Source: Anthoceros angustus
Taxonomy: Eukaryota > Plantae > Anthocerotophyta
DNA length: 64,000 nucleotides
Assembly: GCA_010909165.1 (NCBI GenBank)
Contig: MU008177.1
Location: forward strand, 1,054,001 to 1,118,000
Reading direction: 5' to 3'
Shown here: in pieces, positions 37,951 to 50,632 of the stretch
Numbering within the stretch: position 1 is the stretch's first letter
Layout of the letters: each line of letters starts with the position of its first letter
Translations under genes and position numbers: made by a program
The notes under the pieces: model-generated
The model's database searches: none
What the model was told of the DNA's origin: nothing
What the model saw: the letters and a program-made list of their open reading frames with translations, nothing else

Positions 37951-38131
37951 TGTCACGACATAGGGTTAGGGGTAACCATGGTTAAGAGGTATAGTTAGGT
38001 TAAGAGGTATAGTTAGGTTAGGTAACCATGAGTGTAAAGGCTACTTAAGCCACAATCGATCGTAATGAAGGCGAGCTAGTTGTGTGCTTCCACGCCCATT
38101 GCTCGATCGCACCAAGTTCATGGCTATTACA
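37951..38131 (+). repeat. 5' LTR of the nested chromovirus
   Basis: tgtcacgaca...ggctattaca, with an internal 18-bp duplication ggttaagaggtatagtta. Confidence 0.92.
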
Positions 38132-41100
38132 ACCGTATCGAGGTCGGATTGTTGGTGGGGATGGCGGCGATTTGAATCGGTTGCATCGCAACTATCGAGG
38201 CTACCGCGATTCGATCGACATGAGGAGGTGGTACGATTTCAAGCGACGACCCGGTTCCCACCGACCGAGGAATTGAGATACGTCGGCCCTTGGGGTACAC
38301 TTTGTACGGCCGGAAGGGCAGCATGTGGGTATTTTACTAGGCGGAGTTGTGTAGAGAGGCTTTATCAGCTGGAAGGACTGTTTCAGCAATTTGGAGCGAG
38401 GCGGCAAAGGGGCTGGATTTGCCTCACGAGATCGAGGAGGCTCGGGCTAGCCTATGAAGGTTTTGCGGTACTTTGGGGCCACGTCGTGGGATTCGAGGCA
38501 GTGCCACCATCTTGCGTGAATAACTTGCCAATCCCCACACCCGGCGAGGGTCGATCACGGGCGTGACCCAGGGCCCTTGTGCTCCTATACACCAGCGGCG
38601 GCGGAAGGCTGGCGGCTCGCCACGGCAGGCGACGGAGGATCTAACGGCCCGGCTCGAGGGAGGCACGGCGGAATAAGAGGCGGATCAACTCGCGGGGCTT
38701 GAGGGCCGAAGGGCGACCTGCGGTGATGTACTAACCTTGGTGTAAGCTGGACATGAAATCCCGGCCGCAATGAGGGCTCGTGGTGTCCGGCAAGGTGATT
38801 CCTGTGCCATGCTGCCTTGTGGTAACCAAGATTGCAAAAGCTCTTGTGTGTGTAAATTGAGTCGAATCCTGGGCGAAGCGACAGCTCAGGGCTGTGAGGC
38901 TGTTCTCGTGCCAGCTGGCCTTGTGGTGCCTCCGCCGAGGGTTTTGCTCGAGTGGCTAAAGTGTGAGGCCGGATGCTAATTCCGCCGGAGCGACAGCCTG
39001 TGGATTGCGGAGGCGGTTCCCTCGCCAGCTCGTGGTTTTGGCGGTGCCTCCACTAAGATTATCCGGTGGAGTTGTGATTAGTAGGTAGTGAAGTCGCCTG
39101 CCGCCCAAGGCCGTGAAGAATTTGTGCACCTTGAAGGGGGGGGAACTGTGACTGCGACCACCGCCGGAAGTCATGGTGCATGTAATCAGCGTGGCACGCT
39201 CCATCGGCATGCAACAGTCACCAATGGACTCGAAATTTCAGTGCCGGCAGGTGATCACCGGTGCGGCGAGGATCGACCACTTACGAACCTCGCCACCAAC
39301 GCGCCTGTCCAGCAATCGAGAGTGAATCAATAGCCGTGGGGAATCGACTAAATTATGGACACGGCACATGGGTGGTGCACATCTCAAAGTGGGTGCCGTA
39401 CACAAAGCTCGGAGGGTTAGCAGCCGAAGTCATGCGGCTCACCGCCGGATTGCGTGATCGGAGGTCGGGTAGAAGATCTATCACCGCCAATCACACGGAT
39501 TGCAATCGCAGGCGAAGGTAATCAAGTCGCTTAGCAAGTATGGGGAGCAACTCGGCCGGATGCTGCGATTGTCAGCCACTGGGCCCGCAGCGGCGAGCAG
39601 CAACGCGAGGCGAGTCAATGCTCACTGAGTCACGACCACCTAGGGAGGCTGTGCCAGGTAGCACGTCCCACGGGCATTTACCTGGACAGTGAGACGCCAC
39701 TTTTGACCTCCGGAGCCATAGGACCCGAGCATATCTCGGGAGTTATGTGGCGCCTAATCCTCAACAAAGATGTTACCATCGCGCTACATTTCTCAAAGAC
39801 ACGCACTATTGTGGTGGATGCAGTGGAGGTTATCGCCCAAGGTACAATTACACCAACCACCCTCGACGCAGACGGATGGTCAATTTGGCACCTTTGAGGG
39901 GAGACAAATGGCGAGGAAAATTTGGCTAGGTCGCCAACGCATTTACGAAAGCACCACACACAAGAGTTTCGACGCCTCGTCCAAGCATCCGGGGATCACC
40001 AACGACGAAATGCTAGATCGCCGCGAGGCTTGCCGTCCGCAAGGATCGCTAAATGGCAGTGCCGAACATTTGAGGACGCAATTGTGTCGCCCAACAAACC
40101 GATGCTCGCTTCACCGGTTAAAGGGTGGTATAAGCAGCAACCCTGGGACGGAAGGCCTGTGACAATGCGACACCAATGGAACTCTAACACTTCAGCCATT
40201 TTGGTCATACTGCCAAGGATGGGGACACCGAGCACCTAGGACTGCCACGCAACACCGGACGAGGCCGAGGTGGTCGGGACGGGTGACGACCACCGCCCAA
40301 CAAAGAAGGATTTAGGCGAGGGAGACCCCAAGAAACAATAATGTCCAGATCAAGAATTGCAAGACTCGGAAAACGAGGCTTCCAGCAGCAGAGGGGCATC
40401 CCGAGGAGTGGTGACCATAGCCCTAGGGTCCGGCGACTTTTTACCATCCGAGGTCAAGTAAACAGTAACCTTTGTCGCATTTTACTCGACTCGGGTGCTA
40501 GTTCTAATTTTATGTCTAGGACTTTTGCTAAGCAGGGAGGTTGGGACACCCACCAGTTGTGTGGGCAGGTCCGGTTGGCCAACGGCCAGTGTCAGGCTAA
40601 TGCCACAATCAGCAATTATGTTAATTTACGCATGGGGGGCCACTGCGAGCGTCTCCGTTTCACCATCACCGATCTTGCCGAGGGGCATGATATCCTGCTG
40701 GGTATGCCTTGGTTAGAGGACCACAATCCAGTTATAACGTGGCCTGATCACGAGTTAACCTTTGCAGATTGGGGGGAGGCGCCTCACTGTACGAGGCGAA
40801 CAACTCACGGGAAGGAAGAGGAGGCAGTGCCAGCAAATTTCGGCCGCAGTACTAGAGTGTGCATTGCGCAAGGGGACCGAAGATCTTCAGCAAACCGTAA
40901 TTGTTATCAAGGAGAGGCTGTGTCCAACGCGATCGGACCAGCTTGTCGCCCCTGTAGGAGATACCAAACTGGCTGCCATAATGGATGAGTTCAAGGACGT
41001 GCTGGTCGACACACTGCCGGCAGGATTGCCCCCAGCTAGGGAGGGGTCGACCATCGATCGAACTCATACCGACAGCCGACCTACGTGTACGATGTCCGCG

Positions 41101-43529
41101 CTAGAAATCGAGGAGGCCACACGCCAAGTGGAGGAGCTCTTGAGGGATATATTCGCCATCAAGTCCCCACACGAGCCCCAAAACCTTCCTTAAGAAGAAG
41201 ACGGTAAGTCTGCATGTGATTATCGGGACCCAACCTAACGAAGAAGAACACGCCCCGCTACCACGGATTGATGAGTTCTTGGAGGGACTTGCGCGCGATT
41301 CTTCTCCAAACTCGACTCCAGCCTGGCTACCATCGATCCGTGATCGCCAACGGGACGGGAGAAGATGCGTTCAACACTCGACACGGCCACTATGAGTGGC
41401 TCGTGATGTCGTTCGGAATGACTAATGCGCCAGCCACCTTCGGAATCGATGAACGGAGTATTTTGTGGGATGATCAACAGAGAATCTTGGTGTACCTCGA
41501 TGATATCCCGTGTATGGGAGAACCGGAGGAGCATGACAAGAATCTACGCCAAGCTCACGACGGCTTAGGGCAAAGCATCAGTCGTGACAGCGTACCGTGC
41601 GAACTTCCGCAGCACAGCAAGGGAGTACTTAGCATATCATCAATGCTCGAGGTGTCCAAGTCGACAAGGTAGTGCTTATACAGGCCTATACCGAGTAAAG
41701 TACAGACGATGAGTTTCCTCGGGTTGGCTTCCTACTATCGCAAGTTTATCTCGAACTTTGCGCACATAGCACCCACTCACACCGCTTGCAACAGGGAGGT
41801 TCCTTGGGCGGAGCAAAGGCGGCCTTTGAAGCAATTAAACAGCACAACCAGCCCTGAAGGTTGTGTATCCCGACACCGCCATTTGTCATTGACGGACGCC
41901 CGACCTAGCCGGAGCGCATTTGCAGGATCGGCGGGGTCTACAACCAAGAGCATACTTCTCAAGGAAACCCAAGGAGCGGAACTCAATTGACGACGAGAAG
42001 GAGACGGCACAAGTGTTGGCCATCAAGAATGCTTTTGGAAGGTACTCCTGCTTTTACAGATCGACCACGCCGCTTTGTTTATCTACAAACCCGCGCAATC
42101 GGAAGCAAGCCCTGGCTGGAGTTCCCGCAATGATTACGAGGTGCGACGTGAAGGTCGAATCGCCGATGCAATCGAGTGCTCTCAGGCTAACTCCGTGTCA
42201 ACGATTTACACATGTTCAAACAGATCGGCAGGAGCAGATCCGTAGCGCTGTCGTTGATGCCACGGCGGCCGGTTGCAAAGCTATACAGATTTGGATCCAT
42301 TGACCGCAGGAGCATGACGGGTTGCTATGGCATTCAGCCGTTTCTTTATTCCACAGCTTGCTACATATCCGCCGAGATCATTGTCAAGCCCATGATTCAC
42401 CATCACCGCCACTGGGGTATTCAACGGACGCTACTAGCTGTCCAACGACCTTTTACTAGCCCCAACCGTGGAAGTACGTGACTATGTAGAACTCATGATA
42501 CTTGTCCGAATAAGGCACCCCGACTAAGCTAGGTTACTCCAACCGCCCCTGTCCCGCTCATGCCTTGGGACCAAGTCACTATGGATTTCATTGTCGGCCT
42601 TCCCCAACACAGTGTGCCACAATGCGCCTCCTAGTCTTCACCGACAAAGTTATGCTATGCTGCAGCCTACGATACTTTCATAATGGAGCAAAATTGCCTT
42701 CCTTGAGTGGTGTATCATACAAGATGGTCTCCCACCGCCTATTGATGATCGAGACCCGCGTTCTGTGGCACCTGCGTGGTGCGGTGGTGACTAAGGACTA
42801 AGCTATGCTTTTCTCAAACTTTCATCCACAGACGGACGGCCATGTAACGCGCCAACCAAGTTCTTGAAGATATCTGAAAGCACACCGGACTCCAACAGGA
42901 GCTCTGGGATGAGCATCTTCACTTTGCGGAGTTCGTATACAACAACGCCACCTGTCAGCTTCTACAGCGCCTCCGCTTATGTTCAACAAGGGATGTCCCC
43001 GTAGCCACGGAGTTTCTAACGACACGGATTGCCCTACAGAACAAGCTAGACGCCCGCCATGAGGCATGTAACTGTGCACAAAAAGAATCGACACTGTACA
43101 CAGAGCTCCAAGTCGACTTTCGTCCTCCTATCACGCAACCTACCTCCCATCGTCGGCGTCCCCGAAACTATCACCACGCTTTCTTTGGTCCTTACCAAAT
43201 CATACGCTGTAGGCCCTGGCCGCTATGAGCTTGCTTTACCTCCCAAGTCCGTTTGCACCCCTGTTCCACACCTCTCCTCAAACCCTATCATGGTCCTCCT
43301 CCCCACGCCCACCCCTATCCCCACCGACACAGTCCCGAGCACGAGGTTGAAGTCAGATCGACATCGCCATCAAGAAGAAGCTCCAGCTTTTAGTTCTTTG
43401 GGGATACCCACTATCCGACGCCACGGGAAAACCAGATCATCATCTCAAAGCACCCCGCATCCTTCACGACTACCTTACGCCATCAACTCACTCCCCGCCT
43501 GCGTGGTCGGCTTTAAACCCCGGGTGAGT

Positions 43530-43708
43530 TGTCACGACATAGGGTTAGGGTAACCATGGTTAAGAGGTATAGTTAGGTTAAGAGGTATAGTTAGGTTAGG
43601 GTAACCATGAGTGTAAAGGCTACTTAAGCCACAATCACCGTAATGAAGGCGAGCTAGTTGTGTGCTTCCACGCCCATTGCTCGACCGGCCAAGTTCATGG
43701 CTATTACA
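43530..43708 (+). repeat. 3' LTR of the nested chromovirus
   Basis: Near-identical to 37951-38131. Confidence 0.92.
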
Positions 43709-45203
43709 AGAAGAATGCTTCTAGCTTTATGTCGAGCTTAACTTGAAATTTATCACAGCGATCCAGACGGCCTTTCTTTATGGTCACCTTAAAGAGGAGA
43801 TCTACATGGATCAACCAGAGGATTATGAAGATAAGAAATTCCCTCACAAGGTGTGTAAACTACTCCAATATATGGACTTAAGCAAAGCCCACGCTTATGG
43901 TACGAGAGAATGGATTCTTATCTCAAGAAGTTGGGGTTCATTCCAAAGTGAAGATACTAACATCTATGTACTCGGGATAGCTCACTTGTACTTGTTGCCC
44001 TATATGTCGATGACTTAGTTATTCCAGCAATAATGTTGAATGGTCAACAAGATAAAATGATTTGAGCAAAGAATTGAGATGAAGGATCTCGCAAAGTTAA
44101 ATATATTCTTGGAATGCATGTACATAGAGATAGCATCGGAGCTATTTATCTTCATCAAGGACGATATGTATGGTATGCTAAAACGCTCAACTTGGAACGT
44201 GACGAGCGAGCCCACACCAGCCGTTGGTGTTAAGCTCATCGCTCCCCGCCTGCAAGAGGACAAGAAGGAGATGGAGATCGTGCCCTCACCGCATGGGAGT
44301 TGGAACTCTCATGTTCTTGAGTAATCAGACAAGACCAGACATCTCAAACACCGTGAATGCTGTTGCTCAGTTCTCAGAGAATCCAGGGAGGGATCACTGG
44401 GTTGCTCTCAAACGCATCATGCGATACCTCAAGGGTACTCAAAACTATGGCCTATGCTACAAACCTAGCGGAAAGAAGCGCCTCCTACTTACATGTTATG
44501 TCGATGCAGATTGGGCTTTGGACGCTGACACCCGGAAAAGTATCTCAGCATATTGCTTTCTTGCTAGCTCCACTGTTGTTAATTGGTCTTGTAGAAAACA
44601 AGCAGCCATATCACTTTCATCAATGTAATCGAGTACAAGGTTCTCACCAAGCCACCAAAGAGGCTGAATGGGAAAGGAAGCTATGTGAGGATCTGGGTAT
44701 GACGCAGAAGGGCCAACAATACTTAACTGTGATAATATGTCAGCAATTGCTTTAGTTGCTAACCCCGTGTTCCATGCACGCACGAAACACATAGAGATTC
44801 AACATCACTATATTCGTGATGCTGCAGAAAGGGGAATAGTAAAGGTACAGTATGTACCAACAGACGACAACACAGCAGATGTGCTGACCAAATCCTTGCC
44901 CAAGTTTAAACACTGCTTCCACAGAGAAGGGCTTGGATTAGTAGACTGTAGTAGCTTTATGACGCTAGACAAGTCACTCATATGGTGAGGCTTATCATCT
45001 TTTGTTCCATCACTTGAAGTTGATGCTTGTTCCCCGCCTTGGCCACAACCGTGTACTACTCCGTGAGTCTGGAGAGCCGCCACACGGAGTACGGAATGCG
45101 AGTTGAGACAAAGTAGTGGAAGATCAGGCACATTGCAAGACTACAACGAGTGGTCTCCTTTGTTTTACGGAGATCTCGGATAACTCAACGGTCCGAGAGG
45201 GAG

Positions 45204-45425
45204 AGTTAGAAATAGTGCATCGCTGCTGGTTAAGGTCGACTAGACCACCCAATGTGGATTAGTCAAACTAGACTCAGCTAGTTGGTAGTTAGTTAACTAG
45301 CGGGCTAGTGAAAGGACACACCCCCTCGTAACCATCCTTTATAAGCCCACCTATGAACTAAACATATTTATTGTTAATAAAGCATCTACTTGATGCAAGA
45401 CGCTTCCGCATATGCATCTCTAACT
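45204..45425 (+). repeat. 3' LTR of Copia
   Basis: Preceded by the PPT gagagggag (45195-45203) and followed by the TSD gcctt. Confidence 0.92.
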
Positions 45426-46259
45426 GCCTTAAGAGGCCGCAACCTGCCAAAACCTTGAACAACCCACCAAACTACCGCCCACACTTGCCACAACTGCAAA
45501 ACCCCTAAAAACCCAAGTCTCCGCAAAACTTCAACCCCGTCAAACCATCCCCGCCGAACCGGACAGCCTACAACCCCATGAACATACCATCACCACGCCC
45601 TAGTGGTGCTCGCATTAGGGGGCACGGCATCCTCGAACCGCCCCGGCTGAACCCACCGGGCGTCAACGGAAAGCCCTGTAGAGGCAACGGACCAGGCTCG
45701 CTGTATGCCCCAAAACCGGGTCCGCCACATGCCTCGCTACTGAGCACCTTGTCGAGGACTGCTGCCATGCCACGAGGCCAAGGGCAGAGGCCGTAGGGGC
45801 CCGCGTGGCATGCCCCGTATCTGAGGGTGGACTCCAACGCTGTCACCGTGTCGGGCCCTGGAAGCCCTCCTACACACACCGAGGGTGACCACCTTGCACC
45901 CCTCCTGAACACCACTCCCAGCGACAAGCACGTGCACAGACCGCGGTCAACATCGCACACCTACCTTGCACTCCTCATGCTCGTGCACATCGTTCCCCTC
46001 ACGCTTCCGCACTGACAGATAGTGAGTCTCAATGGCTCTTCAATGGGCCTTCTCTATGGCGATCATCCACAACGCGGCGATAGCAGGTGATGCATCCTCC
46101 TCCACCTTTGTAGTTTGTACGCGGTTTTCTCTTCCCGCGTATGACATCGTAGGCATAATCGGTAACTTCCGATAGGGAGCTTACTTGCTCCGTTTTCAAC
46201 TCGATCCTCAGGGTCCCTATTGGTTGTACTTTGCTGCATGGGCTTCACATGCGCCCTCC

Positions 46260-46950
46260 TTCAGGGCACGTGGAAACCGGTACCCTGCGCCGCCGAGCTC
46301 GCCGCGCCCATGTGCCCCGCCAGGCTCGCCGCCCATGCGCCTGCTTTTGCTTCAGGATGCCGGCATGCCGCGCCCATGCGACCGCTCAGGTCGTGGATGC
46401 AGCATGCCCCCATGCGCCTCGCCGGGGTCGTGGATGCCGACATGCCAGCGCCCATGCGCCTCATGCGCCACGCGCCCATGCGCCTCATGCGCCGGTGGTG
46501 CCCATGCGCCGCGTGGTCGATGCATCGCGCCTTGCGCCTGCTTTAGGATCGGATGCCGGCATGCCGGCGCCCATGCGCCTACTGTGGCTTGTGGATCTTG
46601 GCATGCCGCGCCCTCTCAAGAGGGCGCATGGCGCATGCTCATACCACGTGCCCGGCGGCGCATTACTGCCATGCTCTTGTCATCGTGCCATGCAGGCGCA
46701 TTGCGTATGCATGCCGGGCCGTCGAGCACATTCAAGGGCATTGGGCGGCGATGCTGCGCATCGTGCCATGGTATGGGGCACGGCGAGAGCCACATGGGTG
46801 CGCAGGGGCCCTTGGTGAACAAGCAAGTGCACAGGGGGTGGCCACGAGCAGTGCGCGCGCACCAGGGGCAGGGGCTGCGGCGCACTGGACGGGGCCAGTG
46901 CACTGCCGCAAGCCCGAGGCAAGGGGCAAGGTACGGTGGACTATAGGCTC
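46260..46950. repeat. GC-rich field of CCCATGCGCC / GGCGCATGG motifs (possibly an LTR or TE terminal region)
   Basis: About ten (c)ccatgcgcc-like copies at 46300-46580, with reverse-complement versions at 46620-46800. Confidence 0.7.
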
Positions 46951-47029
46951 TCCCCTTAGAAAGGTAAGCTAGTTTTTTTTTTTTTTTAGTGTGGAGTGAG
47001 AAATAAGATGAGAAAGAGGAAATACCGGA

Positions 47030-48090
47030 ATGAGTAAGAAGGTGATCGATCAAGCGCCTGGATAGGGACTCGGACCGCATCCGAGTAGACAGGACTACGG
47101 ATCGCCCGAGTGGCCCGAGGACTACGGACCGCACCGAGTATCACGGTGAGTCCGGGCGCTCGAGCAAGTCGCCGGAAAGGTAACTTTGGAACGGGAGCGA
47201 GTTTGGCAAGGCGCCACGTGGGCGGTGTTGAGAGGGGGGCATGCGGACTGACCGTAGGGTTGCAAGGGTCATGGGCGGTAACCGCGCGGTACATGCGCCG
47301 AGTAAGGCTAGAGTACGAGGTGGCGTGGCGGCTAGAGTAAGCAATGCAGACTCGATTCTACGGGCAGCGAAAGGACGCCCTCCGCGCTTTGCATTACTCC
47401 GACGCTCGCACCGAAGCGCAGTTATCTCTCGGCCGGCGGCGGTTTTGCGATCCTCGCTGCACCTTGCTCTCGGCGCTATCTTTTCCGCGCCCAGCGCACC
47501 ACGAGCGGCCCTCTTCGCGAACGGCGGTGGGCCGGTAGCGTAAGGAGAGCGCCGATCATCAGCCACAGCAATGAGGCGCGCAATTATGGGGCCCAAGCGG
47601 AGGTCAACCCCGGCGCTCGTGGTGGAGGAACATCGTCACTCAAGCGCTACCCGACCGGGCCTTGGCTGGAGGCCAAGAATTGGTGCAGATCGGCACTGAC
47701 ATCTTCCAGCGGTTTGACGTCGGCATACGCCTCGGGTCCAGAGTACGCCAAGATGTTGGCGGTGGCCAAAACGTCCGCTCCAAAAAGCTTGAGGAGGACC
47801 CTGTGAGATGGGCCGTGGAGGTCCGAGGGCGGCCCGCCGCCCGGAGGAAATTGGGGTGTAGTCCGGAGCCCCTTAAGGTGAAAGGGAAGGTGGAGGCTGC
47901 AAGGGCGGCGCCTTGAGGCGGGGGCGGCCTCAAATGGGTGGCTAATGTCGACTGCCTGTGAGGCGGTGGCAAAGATCGCGTTCATCGAATACATGCTCAC
48001 CAAGGTGGATCACCTTGGTGACAATTTGCTTGTGTTCTTCCACGCCCTGGAGAGAGGGAAGAGGGCCGACTGGGGAAGGATCATCTTCTC
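47030..48090 (+). pseudogene. Degenerate retrotransposon accessory ORF (tentative)
   Basis: Fragments such as IAFIEYMLTKVDHLGDNLLVFFHALERGKRADWGRIIF resemble the G..xDW..II motif of plant retroelement extra ORFs. It lies next to a minus-strand PPT-like site at 46948-46972. Confidence 0.35.
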
Positions 48091-49621
48091 AGAACCTGAG
48101 CCTGACCCTGAACCAACCCTACGACGTTCCATACGCCATAGGCCACCCCCAGACCAGTGGTTAGAACCCTACTAACCAACGTCGATTTCCGAACGTCTTC
48201 GGCAGTTTATGGTGCTACACAGAATATCCCTCCTGCCGAGGAACCCTATCATACAAGGAAGCCCTCCGTGGCCCAGATTGCTCCAAGTGGCAGGCACTAG
48301 TGGAGGATGAATACCAATCTCTGCTCAAGAACAAGACTTGGAAAATCGCTGACCTACCACCTGGATGCAAAGCCATCTCATGCAAATGGGTTTTTAAACT
48401 TAAACTCAACGCTAAAGGGGAGATTGCCAGGTACAAAGCCAGACTGGTGGCAAGAGGATTTACCCAGGTTGAGGGCCTGGATTACCAAGAAACATTCTCA
48501 CCAGTTGTTCGAGCACAATCCTTTCGCATATTGCTGGCTCTTGTAGCAGAATTGAACCTCGACTTACAGCAAATGGATTTGTGTACGGCCTTCCTCTATG
48601 GAGACCTGGATGAAGACCTGTATATGACACAACTTGAAGGATACGAAGACCCTGAACATCCCACCAAAGTGCTTAAACTGCTCAAGTGCATATATGGACT
48701 AAAACAAAGTGGCAGAATATGGTATATCACCATGCATATCTAGCGGATCAGCATATCCTTTGTCCAAAGCACAGCAGACTCTAACGTTTACAGACTCAGC
48801 CAAGGAAGTGACTTCGTCATATTAGCCCTATATATCGATGATGTCATCCTCACCACAAACAGTAAAACTCTGTTAGCTGATGTTAAGCAAAAGCTAATTA
48901 CCAAGTTCGAGATGAAAGACATCGGAGAACTTAAATACTGTTTGGGAGTTCAAATTCTAAGGGTACGAGAGGAAGGGCTACTGATAGTTCACCAGCATAA
49001 AATATATCAATGACATTTTGCGAAAATTCAAACTTGACGAAGCTAGACCCTCAACTACCCCCTTTACCATGGGCGTCAAACTCACCAGTCTCCAATGCCC
49101 ACAATCTGAGGAAGATATTAAGGACATGAAGGATGTCCCCTACATATGCAAATTAAATCTTCTTAGCAAATTGGACAAGGCCAGATATACGGTATTCTGT
49201 AAGTACAGTACCACAATTCCTGGAGAATCCAGGAAGAGCACATTGGGCTGCTGTCAAGCGGATTTTGCGCTATCTTAAAGGAACCCACAACTATGGACTC
49301 TTCTATCGTAAGGACTAGATAGAATCACTCCCGAGGGACGTGATGTCGATCAAGGGCGTCGGATGTTGATTCCGAGAAAGAGTCTTTCCACCTACTGCTT
49401 CCTATTAACTTTGGCTGCTGTGAACTGGTCGTGTAAGAAGCAATCTTCCATAGCCCTGTCATCCACAGAAGCAGAATATATAAGTCATTGACAGATGCTT
49501 CAAAGGAGGCTGAATGGGAAAGGACCTTCCTTCACGACCTCGACCAGACCCAGCAGACACCTACCCCTATCATGTGTGATAACATGCCAGCCCTAGCCCT
49601 TGTCGCTAATCCATGTTTTAG

Positions 49622-49642
49622 AAACCCTAAACCCTAAACCCT
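49622..49642. repeat. Interstitial telomeric repeat (AAACCCT)3
   Basis: Perfect aaaccctaaaccctaaaccct inside the Copia RNase H NP.FHARxKH motif. Confidence 0.9.
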
Positions 49643-50047
49643 GATCTAAACATATAGAAATACAACATCACTACATTAGAGATGTGGTGGAGCGCGGAGT
49701 CGTGAAGGTGGGTTATGTGCACACAGACTCTAATGTCGCAGATGTGCTAACGAAAGGATTGGCAAAACACAAACACTACCAGCATCTTTCAGGGCTAGGC
49801 CTGGACGACTACACCAAGTATTTCAGATAACTTATCTGTGGTGGGGTGGGGTGGGAACCCGAAGGTTCCCTTGGGAATTATGTTGTGCCCTCATTCTTCC
49901 TTGAAGGCACACAGGAGCTGTAGGCGCCACACACGTTCCCTCAGGCAACGCACTCCTGTTAGTGGAACAAAAGAGGGAGATGGACAGCCTTGCAGGGAGG
50001 ATGAAGCTTACCTTAAGACCTAATCTCCTGGCAACGCCATACTTCTC

Positions 50048-50416
50048 TCATACAGCATGCTTCACATCCTGCTCTTCGTCACCCGGCGGTGGTGCCCTGC
50101 CATTAGCTAGCAGGAGCTCCAACTCTGTGATTCTCTCCATGGCCACCTTCAGCTTGCCAGCCAGGATTGGGGCCGCATGTTCGGAGTAGCGCATCCCCAT
50201 TGGATTTTCTTGCTCCTCCATCTTCTCCGCCCTCCTGACCCCCGACAAAGGGCCATGCTTAGCTATGGCAAAGCTGACAATCACCGTGCTCATGTGGGAC
50301 ATGGTGTCCCCGTGGCGATTAAATCGGCAACAATCCTTCTCCAGAATCCTCCTTCCCCTCTTCCTCCTCTGATACACTTCAGGGCACTCATAGCTCGTTC
50401 CCCTCCTAGTCCTCAT
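50048..50416 (-). CDS. Antisense accessory ORF in the Copia 3' region (unknown function, probably extends further in a broken frame)
   Basis: 122-aa ORF with homologous coding on the minus strand of the related Copia fragments at ~0.6-1.0, ~6.45-6.88 and ~10.55-10.95 kb (MKTR..., EVYQR, PILA.KLKVAM.RI.ELE.LL, EIRS.G.LHPP), showing synonymous differences. Confidence 0.55.
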   Translation of the reverse strand: MRTRRGTSYECPEVYQRRKRGRRILEKDCCRFNRHGDTMSHMSTVIVSFAIAKHGPLSGVRRAEKMEEQENPMGMRYSEHAAPILAGKLKVAMERITELELLLANGRAPPPGDEEQDVKHAV

Positions 50417-50632
50417 GCTCTCAATTCTCTACGAGAGATAGCGATCGAGGATGAAGACGCAAACGAGGCTGAGTGCAGTAATGGAAAAGAGGATAGTCTC
50501 GAGGATTTTCATGGCGGCGGGAGTTTACGCTGGGCTCGCGTGTACTGGTACACTGACAGCGTGAAGTCGGGCATAACGATTTCAGAGCAGTGTGAACACG
50601 TTTAACCTAACCTAGCTTACCTTTAGAGGGAG

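Larger units (their letters stand above)
37951..43708 (+). mobile_element. Ty3/Gypsy chromovirus nested in the Copia RT
   Basis: TG...CA LTRs at 37951-38131 and 43530-43708. Protease ILLDSGASSNF; RT AFNTRHGHYEWLVMSFGMTNAPATF and VYLDDI; RNase H SFLGLASYYRKFI; integrase WDQVTMDFIVGLP and FHPQTDG; chromodomain remnant EHEVE...LVLW.GYP..DAT at ~43.33-43.43 kb. The TSD is not clean. Confidence 0.92.
33031..45425 (+). mobile_element. Full-length Ty1/Copia LTR retrotransposon (degenerate), interrupted by a nested Gypsy element
   Basis: Paired 222-bp LTRs, PBS and PPT, and a GCCTT TSD (33026-33030 and 45426-45430). Domains: gag with CNWCKAQGHW knuckle (~35.1-35.9 kb), integrase LELVHIDLCGP and IRSDNAGE (~36.6-36.9 kb), RT TAFLYGHLKEEIYMDQP and LYVDD, RNase H YVDADWA and HARTKHIEI...VLTKSL, ending at 44988. 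Confidence 0.95.

Noticed and set aside
46185-47134. Long overlapping ORFs up to 253 aa
   Set aside because: GC-rich repeat field open in most frames, with no recognisable domain.
50000-50020. Minus-strand AAG|GTAAG splice donor in the Copia antisense region
   Set aside because: Homologous copies read through as EIRSYGELHPP, so a coding continuation with a nonsense change is the simpler reading.
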